The notes under the pieces: generated by a model
Databases searched by the model: none
What the model was told of the DNA's origin: nothing
The model's input: only the letters and a program-made list of their open reading frames with translations
Shown here: one piece after another, positions 1 through 9,107 of the stretch
How the letters are laid out: every line of letters begins with the position of its first letter
Numbering within the stretch: the stretch's first letter is position 1
Virus record (IMG/VR): IMGVR_UViG_3300022200_000063
Coordinates: 1-53,628 of that record
Origin: a virus
Taxonomy: Duplodnaviria > Caudoviricetes
Length of the DNA stretch: 53,628 nucleotides
Direction: 5' to 3' (one strand)
Program-made: the position numbers and the translations under genes

Positions 1-2
1 AT

Positions 3-397
3 TATATAAATTCTGTTACAGGAAGAATTCATACTAATTATACTCAGATTATGAATACAGGCAGGCTTTCTTCAGGACAAAAAGGAATTCCTAAAAAAGG
101 GATAAAACAACTTCCTAATATGCAGAATGTTCCTTCAGATGATAGAACTCGTCATTGTTTTGTGGCAGATAAGGGGAATACTCTTATTGTAGCAGATTAT
201 TCTGGACAGGAGCAAATTGTTTTAGCTAATAAATCTCAAGATAAAGATATCATAAGATTTTATCGAGACGGTTTAGGTGATATGCATAGTTTTGTTGCTT
301 CTAAGATCTATCCTGAATTAGCAGAACTTTCTTTAGATGAAATTAAAAATAATCATAGTAAAAAAAGACAGATTGCTAAGTCAGCAGGTTTTGCCAT
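3..397 (+). CDS. polA: Family A DNA polymerase, exon upstream of the intron (gene start lies outside the window)
   Basis: Open frame from nt 3 (YINSVTGRIHTNYTQIMNTGRLSS). PolA motifs TGRLSS, PNMQN, motif A IVADYSGQE and the start of motif B RQIAKSAGFAI. Confidence 0.93.
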
Positions 398-415
398 AAA
401 CTAAACCTAGAAATT

Positions 416-430
416 TTTGTATATTTGCTA
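416..430 (+). promoter_or_regulatory. Bacteroidota-type -7 promoter element (TAnnTTTG) for the homing endonuclease
   Basis: TATATTTG at 420-427; the 15-mer TTTGTATATTTGCTA is identical to the one upstream of the virion RNAP gene. Confidence 0.6.
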
Positions 431-443
431 TAAACTTATGTTT

Positions 444-1061
444 ATGGGAAATAGTAATAGTGGATTAAAACCTTTTAAATCTCCTTTTAAAATTGGAGAA
501 GAAGAGTCTGAATATTGGCTTGGTTATTTATGTGCTGATGGGAATATTCAATATTCTAAAAAGTACAGAATATATAAAGTTTCATTATTTAGTAAAGACA
601 AAGAAATCATAGATAAATTTATACAATTTATAGGACCTCGTTGTAGATACCATAAAAGAAAACAAAACGGTATTCATGAAGCTTACATATTTTCTAGAGA
701 TTTGTGTGAAGAACTAATAAATAAATATAATATAGTTCCCAAAAAATCTCTTATTTTAAACCCAAATCTTCCTCAAAATAATCATGTTATACGTGGGTAT
801 TTTGATGGAGATGGGAGTATAAGAAAAAATAAAAAAGAATGTAAGTTGACAACAGGTTCTGAAAAATTTAAAAATTTTATTTGTGATTATCTTGATTGGT
901 TAGGAATTTATTATGTGATTCGTAAAAAAGGAAATGCATTTGATATTTGTTTAGAACGCAAAAAAGAATGTATAGACTTTCTTACTATTTTATATAAAGA
1001 TTCTAAAATCCATTTAAAACGAAAGTTTGAACAATTTGTGGCACTAACTAGTGATAGTTAG
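444..1061 (+). CDS. Intron-encoded double-motif LAGLIDADG homing endonuclease
   Basis: Motifs YWLGYLCADG and IRGYFDGDG; lies in the P1 loop of the intron. Start is more likely ATG 444 (or 438) than TTG 417, which overlaps the predicted promoter. Confidence 0.9.
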   Translation: MGNSNSGLKPFKSPFKIGEEESEYWLGYLCADGNIQYSKKYRIYKVSLFSKDKEIIDKFIQFIGPRCRYHKRKQNGIHEAYIFSRDLCEELINKYNIVPKKSLILNPNLPQNNHVIRGYFDGDGSIRKNKKECKLTTGSEKFKNFICDYLDWLGIYYVIRKKGNAFDICLERKKECIDFLTILYKDSKIHLKRKFEQFVALTSDS

Positions 1062-1283
1062 TTAAAAATCGGATGAATTGCTGGAAAGCTAAGTTTTGTT
1101 ATAAAAACAATCAATAAGTATGACAAAATATGCCAATCAGCAGCCAAGCCTAATAAGCGTATTAGGAAGGTTCAGAGACTACATGGTGTAACACGATCTT
1201 GTTACGTAATACATGAATAGCGTCCGACATCTCAAAGAGATGATGATATAGTCCATGCCTTTACGAAAGTATTGGATAACATG

Positions 1284-1908
1284 AAATTATGGAGGACAGG
1301 GAATAACTATTGCACAAAATCTAAATATTAGTTTAGAAGAAGGAGAAAAGGTATATCAAGCCTATTTTAAAGCTTTTCCTGGATTAGCTAATCATTTTTC
1401 TAAAGAGAAGAAAAAAGCTTTAGAGTTGGGGTATATAGAATTCAATAATGTTAGTAAAAGAAAATGTTTTGTAGAAGATTTTGAAACTTATAAAAAACTT
1501 CAAAAAGAGCTTTATGATACTCCTGGTTTTTGGGAAACTTATAAAAAAGAAAAAGCTTTAAATAGTGATTTCTTTAAAAATGAATTAGGACCTAAAGTAA
1601 GGCAATTTTTCATCATTAAAGGTAATATAGAAAGAACTTCTTTAAATTATCCAATTCAAGGAACTTCAGCAGATATTACTAAACTTGCTGGAATTTATAT
1701 GTTTAGAATTTTAGTAGAACAAAAGCTTTTATTTAAAGTATTAATGCCTAATGTAGTTCACGATGAACTACATTTAGAATGCCCAAAAGAACTTTCTGGG
1801 ATAATGGCTTCTAAACTTAAAGAGTCTATGGAAAAAGCAGGAGATGTTTTTTGCAAGATTGTAAAGTTAAAAGCAGAGCCTTGTATAACAGATTATTGGG
1901 CACATTAA
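1284..1908 (+). CDS. polA: Family A DNA polymerase, 3' exon
   Basis: Begins NYGGQG (end of motif B) in the same frame as ORF 1426-1908; NYPIQGTSADITK and motif C VHDE. Confidence 0.93.
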
Positions 1909-1917
1909 AATTAAATT

Positions 1918-2172
1918 ATGGGATTAAAGTATAACGGTGATTTTGATACTATAAAAACAATAAAGGAGTTGAAGCGTCAAGTATGTATTAATGCTTTATG
2001 CTTCACTCCTTCTATTAAAAAAGCTGCTGAAGAAGTTGGTATAACTGAAAGAGGAATGCATGATTTTTTAATAGAAAATAATTTAAATCATTTTTTAATT
2101 AAAAAAATGAGAAAAGAGTTTAAGAATTCTAAAATCAAAGTAAAACTTAGAAAAAATGCTACAGAAAATTAA
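1918..2172 (+). CDS. Small Fis-like helix-turn-helix protein
   Basis: ALCFTPSIKKAAEEVGITERGM resembles the Fis-type HTH pattern (AL...N...AA..LGI.R.TL). Confidence 0.55.
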   Translation: MGLKYNGDFDTIKTIKELKRQVCINALCFTPSIKKAAEEVGITERGMHDFLIENNLNHFLIKKMRKEFKNSKIKVKLRKNATEN

Positions 2173-2216
2173 AAATTTTATATTTCTATTATTAGTTCAT
2201 TTATTATTTAAAAATT

Positions 2217-2624
2217 ATGAGTAAAGGATATATTATAAAAAAAGTAGATAAGAATTTTAAATCTACTGTAATAATTAATCAAAAAATCTATACTTGTCAA
2301 AATATGGCAATCTTAGAATGTGGTCTGCTAAATGATAGTGAAGATCAAGAAAATATTTATTATTATTTAGACACTGTATCACTTGAAGAAGAAATTAGCC
2401 GAACTGAAAATTTTGAGTTTGATTTACATGGAGTTTATTATTTAGCAGGAGACGGTAGTAAACCTTATTCTTTTGATGTAAAAGCAGTTAATAGGGGAGG
2501 AGAGTGGAATATTTCAAGTATCAATTATAAAGGAAGTGATATAGAAGATTTGGACTTTTCAAAAGAATTTAAAAATGCTTTAAAAAATACTGCTGTAGAT
2601 TATATGATTAGTAAATATGAATAA
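2217..2624 (+). CDS. Hypothetical protein
   Basis: 135-aa ORF in operon with an AT-rich aaattATG leader; no recognisable motif. Confidence 0.6.
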   Translation: MSKGYIIKKVDKNFKSTVIINQKIYTCQNMAILECGLLNDSEDQENIYYYLDTVSLEEEISRTENFEFDLHGVYYLAGDGSKPYSFDVKAVNRGGEWNISSINYKGSDIEDLDFSKEFKNALKNTAVDYMISKYE

Positions 2625-2626
2625 AT

Positions 2627-3106
2627 ATGCAAGAAAAAATATATGATGACGGTGATATTATCAGGTATTATAAAAATGTATTTAGTAAAGAAAAGAGGAG
2701 CAGGAAAAGAAAATATATAGATCCTAGAGATTATATGATTGCTTTATTGCATTATAAATTTGGCTATACTGAAGAGATAATTGCTTCTATTTTTGGTCCT
2801 ATAGACAGATCTACTATTAATCATGCTAAAAGGAATCCTTATTATGCTTTGATTTATAATGATGCTACATTTTTAAAAAATACTAAAGAAGTACAAGAGA
2901 AATTTCCTTATGTATTTCCAGAACCCTCTTTAGTAAAAGGATATCCAGGAAGAAAATACGCAATTGCTGTAAAACTTACTCCAAGAGATTACGATATATT
3001 AAAGACAATAGCGAGTGCTAGAGGACAAAGAATAGATGATACTGCTAGAAGACTGCTCTTAAAGCAGATCAGATTATTTGAATTACAATATTTAAAAGAT
3101 GGATAG
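2627..3106 (+). CDS. Putative DNA-binding protein: DnaA C-terminal (domain IV)-like HTH plus a possible ribbon-helix-helix
   Basis: PRDYMIALLHYKFGYTEEIIASIFGPIDRSTINHAKR resembles DnaA_C (R..AMYL...IG..FGGRDHTTV.HA); C-terminal IAVKLTPRDYDILKTIASARG is RHH-like. Confidence 0.55.
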   Translation: MQEKIYDDGDIIRYYKNVFSKEKRSRKRKYIDPRDYMIALLHYKFGYTEEIIASIFGPIDRSTINHAKRNPYYALIYNDATFLKNTKEVQEKFPYVFPEPSLVKGYPGRKYAIAVKLTPRDYDILKTIASARGQRIDDTARRLLLKQIRLFELQYLKDG

Positions 3107-4262
3107 AAATGAAAGACAAAAAATAGGATTAAATAAATGGCAAAATTATAATTATCAAGGAATAGCTTGTTATCCAACAGGTTTTGGTAAGACTTACACA
3201 GCAATTCGAGCTATTAAAGGAATGATTAAAAAGAAAAATATAAAAACTGTAGAAGTTATTGTTCCTACAATAGAGTTAAAGCATCAATGGTTATCAGAAT
3301 TAAAACTTCATAAAATTAATATTGCTACTGTAACAGTTATTAATACTGCCATTAAATACCAAAGAGATGTAGATTTCCTAGTTCTAGACGAAATTCACAG
3401 ATATGCTGCTGAAACATTTAAAGAAATATTCAGTGTAAGTGGATATAAATATATTTTAGGACTAACTGCTACTTTAGAAAGAGAAGATGGTCTTCATGAG
3501 ATTATTCTTAAATATTTAGATATTTTTGATGTTATTACTGTAGCAGAAGCTCTGAAAAATAAATGGATTTCTGAGTATAAGATTTATAATATAGCAATTC
3601 CTTTATCAAATGAAGAAGCAGTTGCTTATAAAAAATCTGATAATAGTTTTAAATATTTTGCTTCTCAGTTGGGATACGGAGGAATAGGAAAAGCTCAAGA
3701 ATGGATGAGTTCTGGGGATTCTGTTAAAGCAGGTAAAGCTGCTGCTTACTATAATTCTATGAGGACTCGAAAAAAAATCTGCTTAAATAATAGTAATAAA
3801 ATAGAAGCTGTTAGTAAAATAGTTGAATTATTTCCTGATAGGAATGGACTCATTTTTAGTGCTACTACTGAATTTGCAGAAAAACTTCAAGAAAAACTCG
3901 GAGATATCTCTATGACTTTTCATAGTAAGCTTACTAAAAAAGACCAAGAAAATGTCATTAAAAGGTTTAAAGACAAAAGAACTAAAGTTCGAATTTTAAG
4001 TTCTGTGAAAGCTTTAAATGAAGGGTTTAATGTACCTGATGCTTCTATCGGAATTATTGCTGGAAGTAACTCAACTAAAAGAACTTTTATCCAACAATTG
4101 GGAAGAGTAGTGAGGTATCAAAAAGATAAAATCGCTATCTTTATAAATCTATATTCTCCTGATACTCAGGAAGAAAGTTGGTTAAAAAACAGGTTAGAAG
4201 GAATTGATAAGTCCACTATTTATAATGTGACTTTATCTGAATTTATTAATCAATACAAATAA
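3099..4262 (+). CDS. Superfamily 2 (DExH, ResIII/XPB-like) helicase
   Basis: Q motif RQ, Walker A PTGFGKT, DEIH, TAT, LNEGFNVP, QQLGRVVR. Confidence 0.92.
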   Translation: MDRNERQKIGLNKWQNYNYQGIACYPTGFGKTYTAIRAIKGMIKKKNIKTVEVIVPTIELKHQWLSELKLHKINIATVTVINTAIKYQRDVDFLVLDEIHRYAAETFKEIFSVSGYKYILGLTATLEREDGLHEIILKYLDIFDVITVAEALKNKWISEYKIYNIAIPLSNEEAVAYKKSDNSFKYFASQLGYGGIGKAQEWMSSGDSVKAGKAAAYYNSMRTRKKICLNNSNKIEAVSKIVELFPDRNGLIFSATTEFAEKLQEKLGDISMTFHSKLTKKDQENVIKRFKDKRTKVRILSSVKALNEGFNVPDASIGIIAGSNSTKRTFIQQLGRVVRYQKDKIAIFINLYSPDTQEESWLKNRLEGIDKSTIYNVTLSEFINQYK

Positions 4263-4266
4263 AATT

Positions 4267-4920
4267 ATGGTAATAGGAATTAGTGGGAAATTAGGCTCAG
4301 GTAAAGATACTATGGGCCTAATTATCCAAGCTCTTATGGAGAAAAATTTAGTACATTCTGAAATAGTAGATATAGCCATGGGAAAACTCGTTCTTCCCAA
4401 GTCTGATTGGGAAATTAAAAAAATGGCGGGTAAACTTAAAGAAATAACTTCTATCATTCTTGGAGTACCCGTTGAGAAGTTCGAAGACAGAAATTTCAAA
4501 GAATCATATCTTCCTGAAATTTGGAATTATGTAGATAAAAATGGTTTTAAAAAACAAATGACTGTTCGAGAATTTTTCCAAAGATTGGGAACTGATGCTA
4601 TGAGAAATGGACTACATGAAAATGTTTGGGCTAATGCTTTTTGGGTTGATTATGTAGACCAAAAACCAGACGATAGATTTTCTAATATAGAATATCCCAA
4701 TTGGATAATTACAGATGTTAGATTTCTTAATGAAGCAGAGTCTGTTATAAATCATGGAGGTATTCTTATTCGTGTGAACAGAGGGGGAGATACAGGAAAC
4801 CATCCTTCAGAAACAGGCCTTGATGATTGGGAATTCGAATATATTATTGATAATAATGGAACTATCAGTGATCTGATAAAAGAAGTAGAAAAAATATTAA
4901 TTCAAGAACAAATATTATGA
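4267..4920 (+). CDS. Deoxynucleoside monophosphate kinase (T4 gp1-like)
   Basis: N-terminal GISGKLGSGKDT, REFFQRLGT, ITDVRFLNE, HPSE. Confidence 0.88.
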   Translation: MVIGISGKLGSGKDTMGLIIQALMEKNLVHSEIVDIAMGKLVLPKSDWEIKKMAGKLKEITSIILGVPVEKFEDRNFKESYLPEIWNYVDKNGFKKQMTVREFFQRLGTDAMRNGLHENVWANAFWVDYVDQKPDDRFSNIEYPNWIITDVRFLNEAESVINHGGILIRVNRGGDTGNHPSETGLDDWEFEYIIDNNGTISDLIKEVEKILIQEQIL

Positions 4921-5114
4921 GTAAAGTAATTAAAGATAAAGCTACGGAATCTGCTTTAAAATGTTGTCTAGATGCTATTTATACTGATTTATTAATGCTA
5001 CAAGATGGTTCTTGGGAACCAGACGAATCTAGTATTGAAGCTTCTATTAACACAGTCGACACTATTGGTAATATATTAGGTATTAGAATAAAAGATATGA
5101 GAGATGAAAATTGA
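4917..5114 (+). CDS. Hypothetical protein
   Basis: 65-aa ORF with ATGA overlap to the upstream gene. Confidence 0.55.
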   Translation: MSKVIKDKATESALKCCLDAIYTDLLMLQDGSWEPDESSIEASINTVDTIGNILGIRIKDMRDEN

Positions 5115-5673
5115 AATAGATTTAAACGCTTGTGTTCGCTATAATGTAACTCCTGATGAATATTGTTTGCTCTATTTACTTTATCATAAAGATTTTGAAC
5201 GTATTGAAAAAGTATTTGGAAAATCAGAAGCTGTTATTATTAGAAACAGAATACAAATAATGAATCCTAAATTTATTTTAAATAAAGAAAGAGTGCCATT
5301 CAAACAAACTATTTTAAGTAATAAAAATGTCTGTAAACTTTTGAATATCAGAGAAGATGAAATTCGATTTATAGAATTTTATAATCTTTATCCAGTTAGA
5401 GTAGGCTCTAGAGTTCTCAGAGCTGCTGATGTTGATACTGTTATAGGTAAAAAACACGAAGCCAAATATCTCAAAAAAGTAAAAACTAAAGAACAACACG
5501 AAGAGGCTAAAAAAGCAATTATTGTGTTTGTAGCGAAACAAAAACAAACAGGAAAGTTAGCCTTTTTACCAGCTATGGAGACAGTCCTTAATAATGCTAT
5601 GTGGGAATCTTGGAAAAGTTTAATAGATACATCAGGAACAGAGCAGAAAGAGTGGAATGAAGAAAGTATTTAA
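5104..5673 (+). CDS. Hypothetical protein, possibly replication initiator or helicase loader
   Basis: Directly upstream of the DnaB-like gene; FIEFYNLYP and LNNAMWE segments are typical of phage replication-organiser C-terminal domains (inference). Confidence 0.5.
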   Translation: MKIEIDLNACVRYNVTPDEYCLLYLLYHKDFERIEKVFGKSEAVIIRNRIQIMNPKFILNKERVPFKQTILSNKNVCKLLNIREDEIRFIEFYNLYPVRVGSRVLRAADVDTVIGKKHEAKYLKKVKTKEQHEEAKKAIIVFVAKQKQTGKLAFLPAMETVLNNAMWESWKSLIDTSGTEQKEWNEESI

Positions 5674-5676
5674 ATT

Positions 5677-6756
5677 ATGGGAAAAGCAAAATATTGGGAT
5701 AGACTCAAAGAGCAAATAGAAAGAGGAAAGAAAGGTTTAAATACTGGAATTCCTTTCGGAGGATTTACTACTCTTAGTAATCATATTAAAAATATACAAC
5801 AGGCAAGATATGATTTTATATTCGCTGGTACCTCTGTTGGTAAAACAGCTTTTGTTAACTCTACTTATGTTTTTGGAGCTATTAATTTTTTAGAAGCACA
5901 TCCTAATTATATTCATAAACTTGAAGTTATCTATTATTCATTAGAGCTTACTCCAGAAGAACAAATTGCAAAACATATTGCTAAATTAATTTGGGAAGAA
6001 CACGGTATATTAACTGATGTAGACGAAATGCTAAGTGTTGGTAATACTGAAATACCTCCTGAAGTAGATGCTTTAATTGATAATTACAAAGAACAATTAG
6101 AAGCTATACAAGATAAGTACATTTATTTCAAAACTTCTTTAAGTCCAAAATCTTTATTTAGAGATTTGGTTAATTACGCAGAAAAACGAGGAAAAGTGAT
6201 AAGAGATGCCGAGGGGAATATTTTAGATTATATCCCCAATGATCCAACTCTTATCACTTTAATTGTTATTGATCATATTGGATTAATTAATTATAAAGAT
6301 TATAAAACTAAAAAAGAGGCTATTGATATGGCTTCTAGGCATTTAGTATTTTTTAGAAATATGTGTCGATTTAGTCCTGTAGTAATTTCTCAAATGAATA
6401 GAGGATCAGAACAAATGGACAGAAGAGAAGAAGATAATTGGCAGCCTTTATTAAGTGATATTAAAGATTCTGGTAATACTGCAGAAGACGCTAATACCGT
6501 TATAGCAATAGCTAGTCCTTTTTATTATGGAGTACAAACCTGTTTAGGATTTGATATTACAAAATATAAAGACAGATACAGACTAGTAAAGATTCTTAAA
6601 AATCGTAATGGTAAAAGAAACTTACTTGCTAGTTTTTTATTTATTGGTGAAATAGGTGCTTACTATCAATTACCATCAGCAGAAGAACTTGGTGGCAGAA
6701 GGCCTGAAGAACTAGATAAAGTGATGAAATATTATGCAAGTAAAAAAGAAGAGTAA
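5677..6756 (+). CDS. DnaB-like (SF4) replicative helicase
   Basis: AGTSVGKT (Walker A), IVIDHI (Walker B), SQMNR, LSDIKDSG, KNRNG. Confidence 0.9.
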   Translation: MGKAKYWDRLKEQIERGKKGLNTGIPFGGFTTLSNHIKNIQQARYDFIFAGTSVGKTAFVNSTYVFGAINFLEAHPNYIHKLEVIYYSLELTPEEQIAKHIAKLIWEEHGILTDVDEMLSVGNTEIPPEVDALIDNYKEQLEAIQDKYIYFKTSLSPKSLFRDLVNYAEKRGKVIRDAEGNILDYIPNDPTLITLIVIDHIGLINYKDYKTKKEAIDMASRHLVFFRNMCRFSPVVISQMNRGSEQMDRREEDNWQPLLSDIKDSGNTAEDANTVIAIASPFYYGVQTCLGFDITKYKDRYRLVKILKNRNGKRNLLASFLFIGEIGAYYQLPSAEELGGRRPEELDKVMKYYASKKEE

Positions 6757-6931
6757 AGCATTACTTGAAGCAGAGTTATCTTATGCTCAGAGAATGAGGT
6801 CTTTAGCTGTAGCTAATAATTGGGACTATGATGCTAATGAATGGGATCTAGAAATCAAAGAATTAAAAAAATGTTTAGAGAAATACAATGATAGTAAAAA
6901 CAATAATAGGGAATCTACTAGAGGAATATGA
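6734..6931 (+). CDS. Hypothetical protein
   Basis: Short helical ORF overlapping both neighbours. Confidence 0.45.
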   Translation: MQVKKKSKALLEAELSYAQRMRSLAVANNWDYDANEWDLEIKELKKCLEKYNDSKNNNRESTRGI

Positions 6932-7403
6932 AAAAGGAAATATAGATGTTATGGTACATGGCTGTAATTGTTTCCATACTATGGGAGCAGGAATAGCAGG
7001 TCAAATAGCTGGTAAATATCCTGAAGTATTTGAAGCAGATAAAACTACAAAATTTGGTGATTTCAAGAAATTAGGAACTTATACTGGGCATCAGTACGAG
7101 TTTAAAAAAGGTAAAATGATACTTAATTTATATACTCAATTTAAACCAGGGGCTAATTTTGAATATACTGCTTTAATAAAAGTTCTTAAAACTCTTAATA
7201 GAGATTTTAAGAATAAAGGTTTAATCTTTGGATTTCCTGAAATAGGTTGTGGTATAGGAGGCGGAGACTGGTATTTTGTAGAAAAACTAATTCAGAGGTA
7301 TACCACTAATTTAAAAATAATAGTAGTAAAGTATGATCACGGAATTAAAAATGTGGGTACAACAAGAGCTCGTTTTGAATCCGAAATACAGGGACTCGAA
7401 TGA
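6888..7403 (+). CDS. Macrodomain protein (ADP-ribose binding/hydrolase)
   Basis: GNLL, HGCNCFHTMGAGIA, NLYTQ, FPEIGCGIGGGDW. Confidence 0.9.
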   Translation: MIVKTIIGNLLEEYEKGNIDVMVHGCNCFHTMGAGIAGQIAGKYPEVFEADKTTKFGDFKKLGTYTGHQYEFKKGKMILNLYTQFKPGANFEYTALIKVLKTLNRDFKNKGLIFGFPEIGCGIGGGDWYFVEKLIQRYTTNLKIIVVKYDHGIKNVGTTRARFESEIQGLE

Positions 7404-7629
7404 AAAACTGTATTTTAAATATTTAAAAAGTATAGGATATGATACTTCTAAATCTGTTAAAGATTTTTTAAAAGATATGGAAAACAGAGAGATAAAGTAT
7501 ATAGATTCTATAGCAAGAGCTTCTCGTTTAGTGCAAGAAGAAAATCCACATTTACGTGGTAAAATGTGGAAGAAAAGAAAAGTAAAAAGTGTTGATGTTA
7601 AACACGAAATAATCGCGGAAAAACGCTGA
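7333..7629 (+). CDS. Hypothetical protein
   Basis: 98-aa ORF; NPKYRDSNEKL...SIARASRLVQEENPHLRG pattern recalled from small phage proteins. Confidence 0.6.
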   Translation: MITELKMWVQQELVLNPKYRDSNEKLYFKYLKSIGYDTSKSVKDFLKDMENREIKYIDSIARASRLVQEENPHLRGKMWKKRKVKSVDVKHEIIAEKR

Positions 7630-7647
7630 TAAATGCAGGTTTTTTCG

Positions 7648-7655
7648 TATCTTTA
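7648..7655 (+). promoter_or_regulatory. Possible Bacteroidota -7 promoter variant TATCTTTA
   Basis: Sits in the intergenic gap upstream of the AAA ATPase; one mismatch to TAnnTTTG. Confidence 0.4.
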
Positions 7656-7693
7656 ATAAGAGGTTAAATCAATCAAAAAACAATTAATTTATT

Positions 7694-8368
7694 ATGGGAC
7701 AACTAGTATTTGTCGTTGGAAAAAGCGGCATGGGGAAATCTACGTCTTTGAGAAATCTGGATCCAACAGAGACAGTAATTATCAATACAGACCAAAAACC
7801 TTTGCCATTTAAAAAGTTTGGAGAGAAGTATAATGAAAAGAACGGTAACTATGTCAAGACTTCTGATATAGCTTCTGTAATCCAAAAACTTAAAGAATGT
7901 CATAAAAATTCCAAAATCAAAACTATTATTGTGGATACTTGGTCAAGAATTATGACTGATACAGTAATGAGTCCTGCTTTTAGAGCAGAACAAGGTTTCG
8001 GTAAGTGGACTAAAATGAGTGGAGGCCAATATGACTTGATAAACACTATTAATGAAAAACTTAGAGATGATGTAATTGTGTATCTTTTTGCACATCCAGA
8101 AACTCATTATGATGAGTCTGGATTTGCTTCAGAAAGAATCGCAGTACAGGGAAAACAATTAGAAAGATTTGTTCCTGAAAGCTTTAGCTCTATTGTTTTA
8201 TATACAGAAATAAAAAAAGTTCCTGGACAACCTAATAAACATTTATTCAGAACTGTGAGTTCAGGCACAGATACTTGTAAAACTCCATTAGAAATGTTCG
8301 ATAGTGAAGAAATCGACAATGATTTAGTATTAGTTAATACAGCTATCAGAGAATATTATGGTTTGTAA
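7694..8368 (+). CDS. AAA_24/Sak4-like P-loop ATPase (recombination/annealing)
   Basis: GKSGMGKSTS, IIVDTWS, LFAH, CKTP; located upstream of SSB-like genes. Confidence 0.8.
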   Translation: MGQLVFVVGKSGMGKSTSLRNLDPTETVIINTDQKPLPFKKFGEKYNEKNGNYVKTSDIASVIQKLKECHKNSKIKTIIVDTWSRIMTDTVMSPAFRAEQGFGKWTKMSGGQYDLINTINEKLRDDVIVYLFAHPETHYDESGFASERIAVQGKQLERFVPESFSSIVLYTEIKKVPGQPNKHLFRTVSSGTDTCKTPLEMFDSEEIDNDLVLVNTAIREYYGL

Positions 8369-8510
8369 TTTCACTTTTAAAAATAAATTTCCAAACTAAC
8401 AAGGTTATTGAAATGGTTGCAAAATGGGGAAATTTATTAGTATAAATAATAATTACAATAACAAGTAGATTGAATAAAAAAATTAATTAATTAATTAAAA
8501 ACACAAAAAA

Positions 8511-9056
8511 ATGAACAAAGAAGTAATTTGGGGAGTACCCACATTAAGAACTAAAAAAGTAGAAAAGTTTAACACACCTGTAGTAACTATGTCATCATTG
8601 GCAAAAAAAGGAGCAGGTCGTAAATTCTCTTTTAATACTGCTGCACAAGAAGCATTAGGATTAGAAGGAGGAGAGACTTACATTACTTTTGGATTTAGCG
8701 GAGATAGCATTTTAGTAATGGCAAGCGCTAATGAGGATCCTAATGGAGTACAACTCACAAAGCAATGTAGTATCAGTAATAAGCGTATTTACGAATACAT
8801 TGCTAAAATTCAAAACCTTAATACAGATGTAGAGAATCACTTACATTTAACAGCTGTAGAAGGTCAGCCTTATTTTGAAGTATCTTCTATTGAATCTGAA
8901 TCTGTATTAATAGAATCTTCACAGGATAATGCAGAAGAATTAGAAACTATAATGGAAGAAGAAGTTCAAGAAGTTCCTAATTCTCCAGGACCAGTATTTG
9001 TTGCGGACTCTTCAGATGACGAAGAAGATACACAAATTGACGAAGAATGGGCATAA
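8511..9056 (+). CDS. Hypothetical protein with a long acidic C-terminal tail
   Basis: Beta-rich N-terminal part; ends DSSDDEEDTQIDEEWA. Confidence 0.65.
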   Translation: MNKEVIWGVPTLRTKKVEKFNTPVVTMSSLAKKGAGRKFSFNTAAQEALGLEGGETYITFGFSGDSILVMASANEDPNGVQLTKQCSISNKRIYEYIAKIQNLNTDVENHLHLTAVEGQPYFEVSSIESESVLIESSQDNAEELETIMEEEVQEVPNSPGPVFVADSSDDEEDTQIDEEWA

Positions 9057-9107
9057 TTTATTGAAGAATAGTATAATTAATAAAAACACTTTTAAAATTT
9101 TTAAACA

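Larger units (their letters stand above)
398..1283 (+). mobile_element. Self-splicing group I intron (IA-like, with extra P7.1/P7.2 region) inserted in PolA motif B
   Basis: 5' exon ends in U397 and intron ends in G1283; splicing restores GFAI-NYGGQG in frame. IGS tttGtggca (1035-1043) pairs with tgccaTaaa via a U.G wobble. P10 aattt (1033-1037) pairs with 3' exon aaatt. P2 has a GTGA loop (1043-1062); P3 tcggatg(1069)/cgtccga(1221); P4 ttgctgg/cagcag; P7 gacta(1177)/tagtc(1249). Confidence 0.93.

Noticed and set aside
51-1908. PolA as a pseudogene, frameshift or intein-containing gene
   Set aside because: The interruption has an in-frame stop, no intein termini, and full group I intron hallmarks that restore the frame on splicing.
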